A DNA stretch of 64,000 nt from Botryllus schlosseri. Taxonomy: Eukaryota. Below are positions 53,001-64,000 of the stretch, piece after piece (position 1 is the stretch's first letter; the number at the start of each line of letters is the position of its first letter). The translations under genes were made by a program, and so were the position numbers. The notes below the pieces were generated by a model, which saw nothing but the letters and a program-made list of their open reading frames with translations, ran no database searches and had not been told where the DNA came from. Where the stretch lies: positions 6,076,001 through 6,140,000 of the forward strand of contig CM119371.1 in assembly GCA_051294905.1 (NCBI GenBank), read 5' to 3'.

Positions 53001-56000
53001 TTAAATAATACAAGAAGGTTATTCAAAGCGTAAAATTGATGCACTCGTATTTGTTCTTATACTACGGAATCTGTGCTTTGGTGTACAACTGATGCGCAGA
53101 AACTCAAAGTTGGGTTGGTTGTTAGTTCTTCTGGGTGGCTTGTATTTTTGGAACATTTCCTTAAGAATGATATGATAACTCTAAAACGCTTTTTGATACA
53201 TACTGTATTCACAGCATTGGCTAGTTTCTTTCAGGTCGCTTTTTTAATGAAGATCATTTGCAGCGGAAGTTGATATTAGTAAGACATGTAGAGCAGATGC
53301 GGCTAGCTAACTATCTCGGACAGGTTTTGCCAGTCGGTATACTGTCCTATAGTCACAAACTTGACAAATGAAGCAACACTGTGCTAAGGGGTTCGAGTCT
53401 CGGAAACTGGTTCTTTTTCTTAATTTCACAACTGCATTTTTGGTCTCGATATAGCAGGGGTGTCAAACTCGACTTTGGTAGCCGGCAGGACTGAAATTTT
53501 TGATGGCTGGTCAGTCGGACCAGTCAAATGATTACCAAATGTTACCTCCAATCCATACCCTTAATTGTAACTTGAAAGGCTTTATTATCATACCTATTAA
53601 TAACCGTAGATTCCATTGCATTACGGTTGATAGGGGCTCTATCCCAGCACCACCTTCTCTCGCAGTATTCAAAATTGGCAAAATTACGACAATTGACTAT
53701 GCGTTTCGATTGCGAGGAATGAAAGAGATTTTACCTGTATATGCAGACATTACAATTTACCGGTAGTTCATTATTAATAAATCACCATTCGGGTTTCTCA
53801 GGAGACCGGGAACCTTTTGAGTTTGAATTATGTATCAGTACAAAGTATGACCACAGATATTTGCATTATATTCTTTGTGTAACTATTATATTCTCCATGT
53901 ATCCTAAATACAAAGGTTTGCACATTTGCGCTTTCGCCTCTGTGGATAAATATGCCTACTTTACTTTTTGGTCCATTTTTCTAGAAAACTCCGAACTGAG
54001 TTTGTACTTTTTATGCTTTTTTTGGGATTTAGTGAAAATGTCACCAGCTTGCTCTCAATGGTCACTGGAGTGAGTACTCAATGGATGGTTATAACGTGGC
54101 TCATGAACATGCTCGACATTTTCTATCTTGTGGGATTATTTAACATGAAGGTATTTCCTCATAGATAGAAATATGCTCGATCATACAAGCCTCTTTTAAT
54201 CTACCCAGAATTGCTTCGCGGGCAAGTTGAAACCGTTTTGCGGGTCATAAGTTTGACACCCCTGATATATAGCATGAGTGGGTTAGCCAGGTTGGGTATT
54301 AATCAATGAAATACAGTAGTTTGAAGGAGCTTTGGACACATTTGGCATAGGAAATGTATGGTATCAACTAGGTGTCATATTCAACAGATGCATACTTGCA
54401 CATTTCCACCATATTTGTCAGCATAAGCACCCCAATAAAACAGCCTTTGGATCGACAGGTCAACTTCATTTCTAGCGCTCTCGAGGGATTGACCTGTTGA
54501 AGAATAATCAATCAGTGAGCTACAAACAGTGTGCGAAAATCAATTTTACTACCAGTCAGAAGCGAGAGTCTTGCAGCCACCTCTTTGCGTCTGGTTGCAA
54601 GGTTTTCCGCCATATAGTACACAATTTGTGCCCTGAAAATAGAGGTTCAGCATTCAGCAAACTATGAGATTCGGATAAGTTTCAATCTAAATAAATATTA
54701 CACCATTCTTTTTGCAATTCATAAAAAAATACACAGAAAATCTGAACGTTTTTCAAGTTGGCCTCACAATGATGACTTGCCATGAAATAAACGAGAAAGG
54801 CTGCATCTGTACACCTGTATGCGGAGTTCATCAGTATCAAATTACTAGTGCTTTTTGAGTACTTAAGTAGGTGTTATCTACTTCTATTCATTGCTTAAAC
54901 AGATATGATTTTACACTTCTCGGTGCATCGCAGTTTTGATTTGTTATGCAAAACTTGGCCTAAAATGCCTCGGTTGGTTCTTACTTGGAATCCATTACTT
55001 CTGCTTGAGCAGAAATTTACGGCGCTGCTTTTACCTCTACTAGAGTACCAACGATAACTACTTCGACGACCTCTGTCTGTCAGCGATAATAAATTGATGA
55101 ATATTCCCGCATAGCATTCACAGATGCTAGTTTTCCGACAACCTAGTATCATGTTGTGATGTCACAAACATTGACGATATTTTTAGCCTCACATGGTCGA
55201 TACGAATAGCCCATCAAAGTGTGATATCGTCTCGATATGATCGGTTAACCCAACATTTAATCGGTCCCACTCTCGTTGTATTGTAGATGAGCATTAGGGT
55301 TGTCTAAAATTTGGAAAATCTTAAAAAGTCTCCGTGATTGTGTCTCATTCTATAGATTATTGATAAAAAACAACAATTAGCCTGAAAGAAGCTTACAGGA
55401 AAGCCGTTAAGATTTCGGGCAAAGCGTTTGAAAGTAGCTGCTTAAGAATGGGCGCGCCACCGACCATAGAACGGCGAGAAGACTAGTAATCAAATAACCA
55501 CGGCACTTGATTGGCTAATCGGCTATGCTTCAATGATCACGACAGCAGCAGCTTGCTGATTATGTGTTCAAGAAGTCTGCTACCGGCGTGGATTCAGAGT
55601 GCGTATTGTTAGTAGTTTGTCAGGTGATGATTTTAGATTAATTGAGGACATGTTGAGTTACGAAATACATGATGAACAAACAACACTTGCTTCACAGAAA
55701 CTTTTACAGCATGACTGCTTTATTATGAAGGAAACAGCTGAAGCCTACATGCCGTGTTTTCATCGAGAGAAAGCAAAGGCGCTTCAGCAAGTGTTGAGCG
55801 AATTCACCGTTTCAGTACGAATCCATCATCAGTGAATACAAATATAGAAAGCTTAACAATGACACTATACTTTGTGTGATCTTATTTGGCTGAAGCTGTA
55901 GTATATAGGTGACGCTTTGAATGCTCTAGGGATCGGCGGGATCAGCCGGTTATGCTTGGCATTTATCAGATGCTTACAGCAAATTGAATGCACTTGTAGG

Positions 56001-57658
56001 CGTTGTTAAAGTCCTTAATGATAACTCAGAAAAGAGGTGGTAATGTACGCACACTCGCACAGGCCATGCTGGATATGGTATGTGAAAGTCCTTATTGATC
56101 CCGCAGAAAAGAGGTGTAAAGAAAAGCACTGACTATGCTGCATATAGTATCCAGCATAGTTTGGATATCATATCCAGCATAGCCTGTGCTTACCTTACAC
56201 CGCTTTTCTGCAGCATCATTAAGGACTTTGACAACTCTTCTAAGTGAATTCAATTTGCTGTAAGTATAGCTGCCAAGCATAACCGGCCGATTCAGTCGAT
56301 CCCTAGAACCTTCAAAACTTCAACTATATACTACAACTTGGGTCCAATAAGATCACACAAAGTATATTGTCATAGTCAAGCTTTATATTTGTATTCACTG
56401 ATGATGGATCCCTTCTTAAACAGGGAATTCGTTCACCGCTTGCATAAGCGCCTTTGCTTTTCATCAATGAAAACACGGCATGTAGGCTACAGCCGCTTTC
56501 TTCACAATAAAGCAGTCATGCTGTAAAAGGTTTTGTGAAGCAGCTGTTGTTTGTTCATCATGTATTTCATACCTCAACATGTTCTGAATTAATTTTAAAT
56601 CGTCATCTGCGAACCTACCAACAATGCACTTGCAGAGCCCCCGCCGGTAGCAGACTCCTTGAACACCTAATCAGCAAGCTGCTGCAGCCGTGATCATTGA
56701 AGCATAGCCAATTAGCCAATCAAGAGCTGTGGTTTTGTGATTACTAGTCTTCTCGCCGTTCTATGGTCGGTGGCACGCCCATTCTTAAGCAGCTACTTTC
56801 AAACGCTTTGCCCGAAATCTTAACGGCTTTCCTGTAAGATTCTTTCGGGCTAATTGTTGTTTTTTATCAATAATCTATAGAATGAGACACAATCACGGAG
56901 ATTTTCTAAATTTTGGACAACCCTAATGAGCATATTTATCAAGAGTAGGTCAAAGTAGTCAGCATTTCTACTGAAGTAGAAGTAAATTTCTATTTAATTA
57001 CACATTGAAATATAAATAAAGGTTCTGCAAAATACTCAAAAAGTTTCATAAAAGTATAATTGGCTGAGATCGCTTACTTGTAGCGCTTTATCGAACGGTG
57101 GCCACCATAAAAATTGCAAGATGTATCTTCGTGAAAAATGAAAAATTCCTAATGACATTGCAAGTAGGAAGAATCTTCCAAACTATATTCAGTTTCTGGA
57201 GACAGGGGCTAAATCCCGTGGTTCTTATGACAGTCACACTTGTAAAAGTGACAAGTACTTGGATAGAGCACAAGTACTTCATTATCGCCCACCTATGTAT
57301 ATTCATCTCGCATGCTCCGAGTCCAGTCACTAATACTGTTAGAAAATAGATGCTGTATATCAGAACTTGTCAACAAATTACCTATTATGAGCTGCTCTTT
57401 TAGCCCATCCTGGTGCGGCTTTATGAGCAGCTTCCACAGCATTTCGAACATCCTTCCGATTGGAGTCAGAAACGTATGCCAAAATCTTAGACTTGTCCCC
57501 AGAACCTAGAGTTTCAGTAAGGTAACTTCATATGAACAACACTATTTTTGACAAAGCTCTGCTTACCGTCACTCGAATGAATAAAAACGGGTCTTGAGTA
57601 ACCACCATCCGGCCACTTCTGGGCGCCACCATAATACAATTTGTAAGTACGATCAACT
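44082..57658 (-). CDS. ALDH16A1: ALDH16-like aldehyde dehydrogenase, 3' exons
   Basis: Seven GT-AG exons in consistent phase: 57567-57658, 57382-57505, 54553-54632, 54396-54493, 52813-52998, 50802-50927, 44082-44255 ([11 protein letters not shown]...[13 protein letters not shown]). Confidence 0.88.
45483..49740 (-). mobile_element. Decayed, 5'-truncated BEL/Pao LTR retrotransposon
   Basis: Frameshifted pol: protease region, RT ([25 protein letters not shown]), RNase H, integrase (GLDYAG, WERM), [15 protein letters not shown]; PPT GGGAGAGGAGGA; 3' LTR ~45483-45803. Confidence 0.93.
49822..50043 (+). pseudogene. hAT-like transposase C-terminal remnant
   Basis: [38 protein letters not shown]. 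Confidence 0.6.
52462..52624. repeat. Short palindromic MITE-like repeat
   Basis: Ends CTGACACTCGTCAG / CTGACAAGTGTCAG with a self-complementary interior; relative at ~59540-59640. Confidence 0.5.
53455..54264. mobile_element. Charlie-like hAT MITE
   Basis: TIRs CAGGGGTGTCAAACT / AGTTTGACACCCCTG; TSD CGATATAG / ATATATAG. Confidence 0.85.
55295..56925. mobile_element. 1.6-kb foldback hAT-derived element
   Basis: Two ~800-bp inverted arms, TAGGGTTGTC ends, perfect TSD ATGAGCAT, transposase-like VKVLND(A)AE remnants near the centre. Confidence 0.9.
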
Positions 57659-58567
57659 CTGAAATATGCATTCAAATTAGATTCTTACATGGAAAATTAC
57701 TCAAATTGCATGCCTAGTCTTCATAATATTACGGTAAATATATTTAGAGATGGTCAAGGCAGCAGTACTCAATTAGAAGAAGAACAAGTACCGGCATGAA
57801 TTTCTGTTTACAAGTAGAAGTGAGAAGATGTGGGATGTGAGAAAGTGCAATGATGTAGACTTGAAAAATTATGTTTTTCATATTAAAATGGTGTTAAATC
57901 ATATCGTACATAACTAAGTAAATTATGCATAGTAGGTCTGAAAACGATGAATCATGGAACAGGTGTAAATACCATCACATTAGGAACCACACACAACAGT
58001 TACTGCTGATAAATATTTAATGCAGTCAGCTTACGGCGAGAGAAAAATCAGACAGCAACAGTAACGGATCATTTTCTGACCGTAAATTATCATCATATTT
58101 ATTAAATCATTCATGAACCACATCATTTCCTCATGGAATAATTTACTAGTTGGACTAAATTATGAATATGGCAAAATTTCAATATATTTGAGATTCAATT
58201 GAAAGACTAACAATGCATCCATGGACCAAGAAATTTTGGCTTTGCTAAATATTCCAGTATCTGTTTATAGAGTCCAAACAGAACAAAATTCTCTGGCACC
58301 TCAGAATGAATTATGATCGACTGCAATTCGTTTACTAGATAGATGACAGTGAAATGAATATTCACAAGCTCAACTCACACCTCTGATGTTCCAATCAATA
58401 ATACATTATTCTTGAAAGTTTAGAATTGAAAAATTCTCAAGACATAATGAATAGTCACAAAACGATGACAAGTTGGAGAATGGCATGGAGATGTGAAAAA
58501 GGCTAACAGGGCACTCCTGAAGATTATCACGGCTTCTTCATTCCATCAAACACCAACAGGGAAAATC

Positions 58568-61115
58568 ATGGTAGCGGTTTCAGCCCGTGGTCTCTGTTTA
58601 TTGACAGCTTGGATTCTAGGTTTGACTCGAGAAAGTGGGTGTGGTAAAACGGCCACAAAAGTGGGGTTGGCTGGAATCGCTGCAGTTAGTACCCTTGGCT
58701 TTTTGTAAGCCTGTACATTTCTTATAATGTCAGTATGCAGACAGCAGGAGGCAACTTGGGTGGATATCATCCAGAAACGATTGCAAAATCTTCAACAGTG
58801 GGGAGCCAAGACGGAAATATCACCATAGCCTTCAAAAATGATATGGAAAGGTTACATCATGATCTTTTAATCAAAGGAAGTAAGTGTAAACAATTTCTCG
58901 CGCTTCTTTTTAAGCTGTCGTTTTGTAAGTCATTCAGTAAATCGAGCTATAAATGTATTGTAATGAAAACAATCTTCAAGGTCTGTACCACGAACCGGCT
59001 ATATTGATATGCACTGGCTTGTAAAACAGTCCATTGTTGTAGTTATTGTGAAACTAAATATTCAAATTAATTCAATGTACCATACTTTTATCAAAATCAG
59101 CCAAACTAGTTAGAGTGCAAACAAGAAGAGTTCGTGTCCTATCTAAAGATAGTACATTGCGCATAAACCATTTGTTTGCCTTGATCACTCGGAATTTTAT
59201 GCGGGTGACGTCATATTTGGTGATGCAATAGTTGATAGGCAATGTTCTTTTCAATTCTCTACTAGATGCTGACGATCACTCCTGATGAGTTTTAGCCGAA
59301 AAATATTTGGGTTTATTTCAATATGAATATAATATTCAATTACAACAGGTACAGTACCGTGGTGTAAAATGCCAAACAATAAAGACTTTTCTTTTTATAC
59401 ACCTAGTATACCCATAGCTTTTATCTCAAGCAGTGCATCATGAAAGAGCATATTATATTTAAAGTTTTTTTTGGAGGTACAGAACTTCAATATATAATTG
59501 AATAACATACGTTCGCATTGAAATAGACCCGATATTTCCGAGTGACACTCGTCAGGGGCAATAGTTAGCAACTAGAGCAGAATTGGAATGAATATTGTAT
59601 ATCAACAATCTCATCACCAAATATGACGTCATCGGGATGGAATTCTGAATAAACATGGTAAAATGTGTTGTCTAGGTAATTTTTCACGCGAATAGAATGA
59701 TCCAACAAATGTTTGCAAACGGCAATTTCTATGCCCTAATTACTTTACATTTTATGCCGGAAATATTTGGGTTTATTTCAATACAAACAGATTATTCAAT
59801 ATTATATTTTTGGAAGAGGTGAATTCAATTCCAGCGATTACAAAATGTAACTAAAATATTTTTATTTGCTATCGTATTCGAGTTGCCGCATACTCGTGTG
59901 CCATCCATTTTGAAGGATTCATAGGAAAATGAAAAATCCCAATCCATGTTTCCTAGATTACGACCGCAGCTTGCGGCCAGTGAGAGATCCTAAAGACATC
60001 ACGTCTGTCATACTGGATGTTACGATACGCCAGGTAAAATACAGTAGGACATGCTAATGAAAATAATGACAGTCACAATATCAGATCATGGGCCTTGATG
60101 AAAAAAATCAAGTATTGAAAGCATACTTCTGGATAAAGCAACGCTGGACCGATGAATTTCTCATGTGGAATGAAACTCAATATGATGGAACAGAAGACAG
60201 TAAGTGCTTTCCAATTGAGTGGGGTGGCCAAACTTCTTTTTTTTCGTCGAGTCACATTTTTCTATTCGCATGTCTTCGGGGGCAGTACAAATTCAGAGGG
60301 GGTTCAGTAACCAGGTACTTCTATTTTTACTGAATACTAGAGCATTTTTGAGTAATGCAATACTAAGCCAAGTATTTATGTTGTAAGACTACTGTCAAGT
60401 CTTATTCCTCAAGTGAAGATCATGGTTGGCCTTTTCTCTTTCAAGGTTAATGAACTTGACGATGCACCAGTGGACAACGTTCAGTGACAAAACAAATCTT
60501 TGGAAATGGTATTAATACGCAACACAAAGAAAAATAATTAGATCAAAGTGAACCCCCCACCCCACTGCCTTTGCTTTTGTTTCGACACGCCCTGAGTGTT
60601 GCATAACTGGCACTTTCCCTTTGTGGTCACAACGAAGCGCTTCATGCACCAGTCATACTGTTATGACATTGGATTCAGTGATACCCCCATACTCGACTCG
60701 AAATCAAAATAGTAAGATAATTGATTTTTACCAACCCTAGTAAGTATACATAACTTAGTCACAAAGTTCATCATGTACAAGGATACAAATCTGAGGTCAG
60801 TCACTTTGGGACTAAGATGTTGCGAAGATGAATGTTGCAGTTTTGAATGCTCTCACTGATATACACATTAAAATTATCACTTCGTAGAAAGTTTGATTAA
60901 GTAAACTTCTCTCTGCTTCAACTCCCAGTATGGCTACCTACACATCAACTTTGGAGACCGGATATTGTTATTTATGAAGACACCGCTCAAAGAGATTTAA
61001 CCCCAAACTACCATACTTCCGTATTTCTCACGAAGGAAAAGTAACCGTATCGGAGCCATTGATACTTGAAACCACGTGTAGCGTTGATATATTGTTCTTT
61101 CCGTTCGATTTCCAG
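58568..61115 (+). pseudogene. Cys-loop receptor (nAChR/5-HT3-like) extracellular-domain fragment, nested antisense to ALDH16
   Basis: Exons ...ERLHHDLLIKG|NYDRSLRPV...|IMGLDEKNQVL...WTDEFLMWN...|LWRPDIVIYE...TTCSVDILFFPFDFQ; 1-nt frameshift ~60997; second Cys and TM exons not found. Confidence 0.75.
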
Positions 61116-61682
61116 GACAGACTTAACAATAAATTATTTCACTACTTGTACATGGAGGTGCTGTACTTTTCACCTGACTTTCATCCTCCCAAATTACAAA
61201 TTTTACAGATGTTATGACATTATCAATCTACCGACTCTGAAGATATTATTAGAAGTTCGTGCTATATTCTGAGTCTGTATATTGATAGTGCCATAAGACT
61301 CGCAACATCTGCTGTAAAATTCGTAATTTTGGGGGATGAAAGTCAGAGTACTCTGATTACAATAGTTCTGTAAATCTACTCAGAGAGTGATACGCTTATT
61401 ACAGTCAACTTATTTCTGAATTACTGATTCCTAATATTGGTAATTCTGCCTTTGCAGTATTCTATTAAAACAGATCTTTGCAATTATTCCCTTGATGGCA
61501 ATGAATACCCGAATTACTGTCCAAATGAATTTCAATCAACCTACAAAATTTCAGACACAAGTCTATGAGAAAACATGAGTCATGATCCTATTCTACAGTA
61601 GTACTCATAATCACAATCGATATGTGGCAGTGAAAACAAATTAAGTTGCTGAAAGTGGCAAGGGATCTACTGATATGTAAGC

Positions 61683-62217
61683 TAGGCTTACCATACGTCC
61701 TCTTTTAAGAGGATTTGTCCTCTTTTTTGACTTTTTTGAAAGTGTCCTCGGAGGACGCCCTTTTGTCCTCTTTTTTGAGATTTTGTCCTCTTTTTTGAAA
61801 ATTTAGGTCAGATTTAGAGGAAATTGCGAGTGATATGCCGCAAATTAGCGCAGAAGTGAAGCTCAGGCGGGTATTACGGAGGGAAAAGTGGTGATTTCAG
61901 CTCTGAGCGAAAAGAAGACCTTTTTTTTTTTTTTATTTAGTCATCCACCTAGCAATGTAGAGTAAAAAACGTTATTTTGAGATCTGAGCGGAAGTGATGA
62001 CCTTTTTTTTTAGTCATCCACCTAGCAATGTAGAGTAAAAAACGTTATTTTGAGATCTGAGCGGAAGTGATGACCTTTTTTTTTTTTTTTTTTTTTAGTC
62101 AACCGACCGCAAAGTGGGGAAAATTCACCGGTTTTTGAGAATTCTACTCCGGTTTTGTATCTTGCAAATTTCTGAAAAAGTGTCCTCTTTTGGCATTTTC
62201 AAAATATGGTAAGCCTA
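61683..62217. mobile_element. MITE with TAGGCTTACCATA TIRs
   Basis: TIRs TAGGCTTACCATA / TATGGTAAGCCTA; flanks TGTAAGC / TGTGAGC; internal ~80-bp tandem duplication. Confidence 0.8.
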
Positions 62218-62662
62218 TGTGAGCCCACACACACTGGGTGATGTAGGTATACAATGGTGGGTACAAACACGATATGAATTTAAATAGTTTAACGCAGAGC
62301 GAATGTTTGTAGTTGTATAATTGTATATCTGACTCCAAGATGTATTATTGACTCCAAGAAGGTCTTCTTGGCCTTCACATAATTAGTCTCAAACGAATTT
62401 TAGGCCACTTTCAAGCAGTTCGGTGTAACACTTGCAGCATCGTGTCACATAAGAATGCGTTTCGAGTTCTTTTCTAAATATATGAATCGGTTTAAAATTT
62501 GGTGTTGTATCTCTAATGAATGGACAAGACTTTGCCCTCTTACATTCTGGAATTTAGAATAAAATTAAAATGGATATTTTGGACTGTCGAGAAGATTGAC
62601 GTTGAACGGTACGGCATGGCGACTGAGAACCCCTGATACAGCCTATAGACTAGCAACAATAC

Positions 62663-63798
62663 CTCTTCGCGTACAATTTTCGAGACAGTTTGCACGTTTG
62701 TAACCAGAGTCGGAGGATAATACAAGCCAGATTCTTGAGTTGGACAAGGGGCTTGGTAGATCTCGGCACCTTCTGCCCTTGCTTCCTCAACAAATTCGTT
62801 GATCGTTTTCAGCTGAGACTCACTCACGATTGCACCCATGTCAATTGTCTGAAATCAATGCATTTGATGATGCTGTAGTAACACCAAAGATGATTCCCTA
62901 TCAGAATTCAAGCAGAGACTACATTCTAGGGCTGAGCTCGTAATGAGTCGAGGACGCCTTGAACCCTGATTTGTTGTGTCACATCATTCAACTCATTAAG
63001 CACAAAGCTATGTAATTGAGTAAAATACCATGACTGTGAAAACGTGATCAACGCACAGCATGATCACAAAGCGAAATGAAATAGTTGTGATCGAAATTGT
63101 GCCAATTTAGCTTTAATGTGGCGTAGAACTAGTAAGGTTTCCATTGAGACAAATGCCGTCATAATGAGTGATACTTGAATGCTAGGATCAGAGCAAAATA
63201 CTCGATTCGGCATCTCATCAACCAGGTGCTTGATTTTGCTCGGCCCTTTCAGGGGTATAAGAACTCGCATAAATAAGTCAAAAACCACAAGAAGAACGTT
63301 TACCGACATTCATGCTTCAATATGAATTTAAACTCTTGGAATCTTAGGAATATCAGAGCATCAGATCATTCGAAACCAGACTCATACCTTGTCCAGTGAA
63401 TGACCAATTCGAAAATGAGTCAACCGCTCCTTGATGCGATTGATCACTTCGGCATAGATATTTTCTTGAATTAGAAGTCTGGAGCCAGCACTACACACCT
63501 AAAAAGATGTCCCCTGATCAAAAATGGTTCATTGATTTTGCATGTGTGATGTAATGATGTCAAAAACAAACTACCAGTAGTCGATTTGGTAAACAACAAA
63601 TTCGGTTATACGCAGCAAGGAACATTGGCGAATAAGCAAAAATACCTGTCCTTGATTGAACCAAACAGCATCAACAACTCCTTCCACAGTACTATCCAAG
63701 TCGGCCGAGTCAAAAACAATGACAGGAGACTTGCCTCCAAGTTCTAAAGACAACTTCTTGCCAGAGCCTGCTGTCAAACGTCTCAGAGTTTGTCCAAC
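62663..63798 (-). CDS. ALDH16A1: ALDH16-like aldehyde dehydrogenase, catalytic-region exons
   Basis: Phase-0 exons 63646-63798 (LELGGKSP...FNQGQ), 63388-63498 (VCSAGSR), 62663-62848 (DMGAIVS...YYPPTL...REE); catalytic Glu and Cys present. Confidence 0.9.
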
Positions 63799-64000
63799 CT
63801 ATTCATCAATCAAAATATTCACAGCAATGTAATATAACCAAATCTTTTCATACAGAAAAGTAAACGAAGAAGATGATTATCAAACCATGAACATAAAGAG
63901 GTTTCATGGAGATAATACTCTTCAGTCATATTATTGTCAATTGTCGTCAATTTCATGTTCATCTAGCATAGGCGCAGAACGCTAATTTTCCTTAGGTATG

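Noticed and set aside
54895-55152. 85-aa ORF as an ALDH exon
   Set aside because: No ALDH similarity, and the flanking exons join in phase without it.
42890-62097. Poly-T (~42895, ~62075) and poly-G (~45421) runs
   Set aside because: Homopolymers inside known MITEs or at element junctions; length is error-prone and uninformative.

Overview
Repeat-rich animal (invertebrate) genomic DNA. Introns of about 51-61 nt suggest a compact-intron host such as a tunicate (inference). The centrepiece is an apparently near-intact 17,986-bp Polinton/Maverick (adintovirus-like endogenous DNA virus) at 12352-30337, with ~326-bp TIRs, AGTAGT...ACTACT ends and a perfect 6-bp TSD (CCTGGG). It encodes protein-primed PolB, packaging ATPase, rve integrase with chromodomain, two penton-like proteins, major capsid protein and adenain protease. 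Its terminal accessory regions carry three cell-death modules (death domain, single BIR, Bcl-2 fold), a well-formed tRNA-Ala(UGC), at least one spliceosomal intron, a promoter/leader exon inside the TIR, a hitchhiking host MITE and several orphan ORFs. Elsewhere: a Ty3/Gypsy (CsRn1-like) element with non-matching LTRs, a decayed BEL/Pao element, many hAT-type MITEs, a 1.6-kb foldback element, DUF4806-like pseudogenes, a multi-exon ALDH16-like host gene (minus strand, middle exons not found) and a nested Cys-loop receptor pseudogene. All calls come from reading the sequence by eye; no searches were run.
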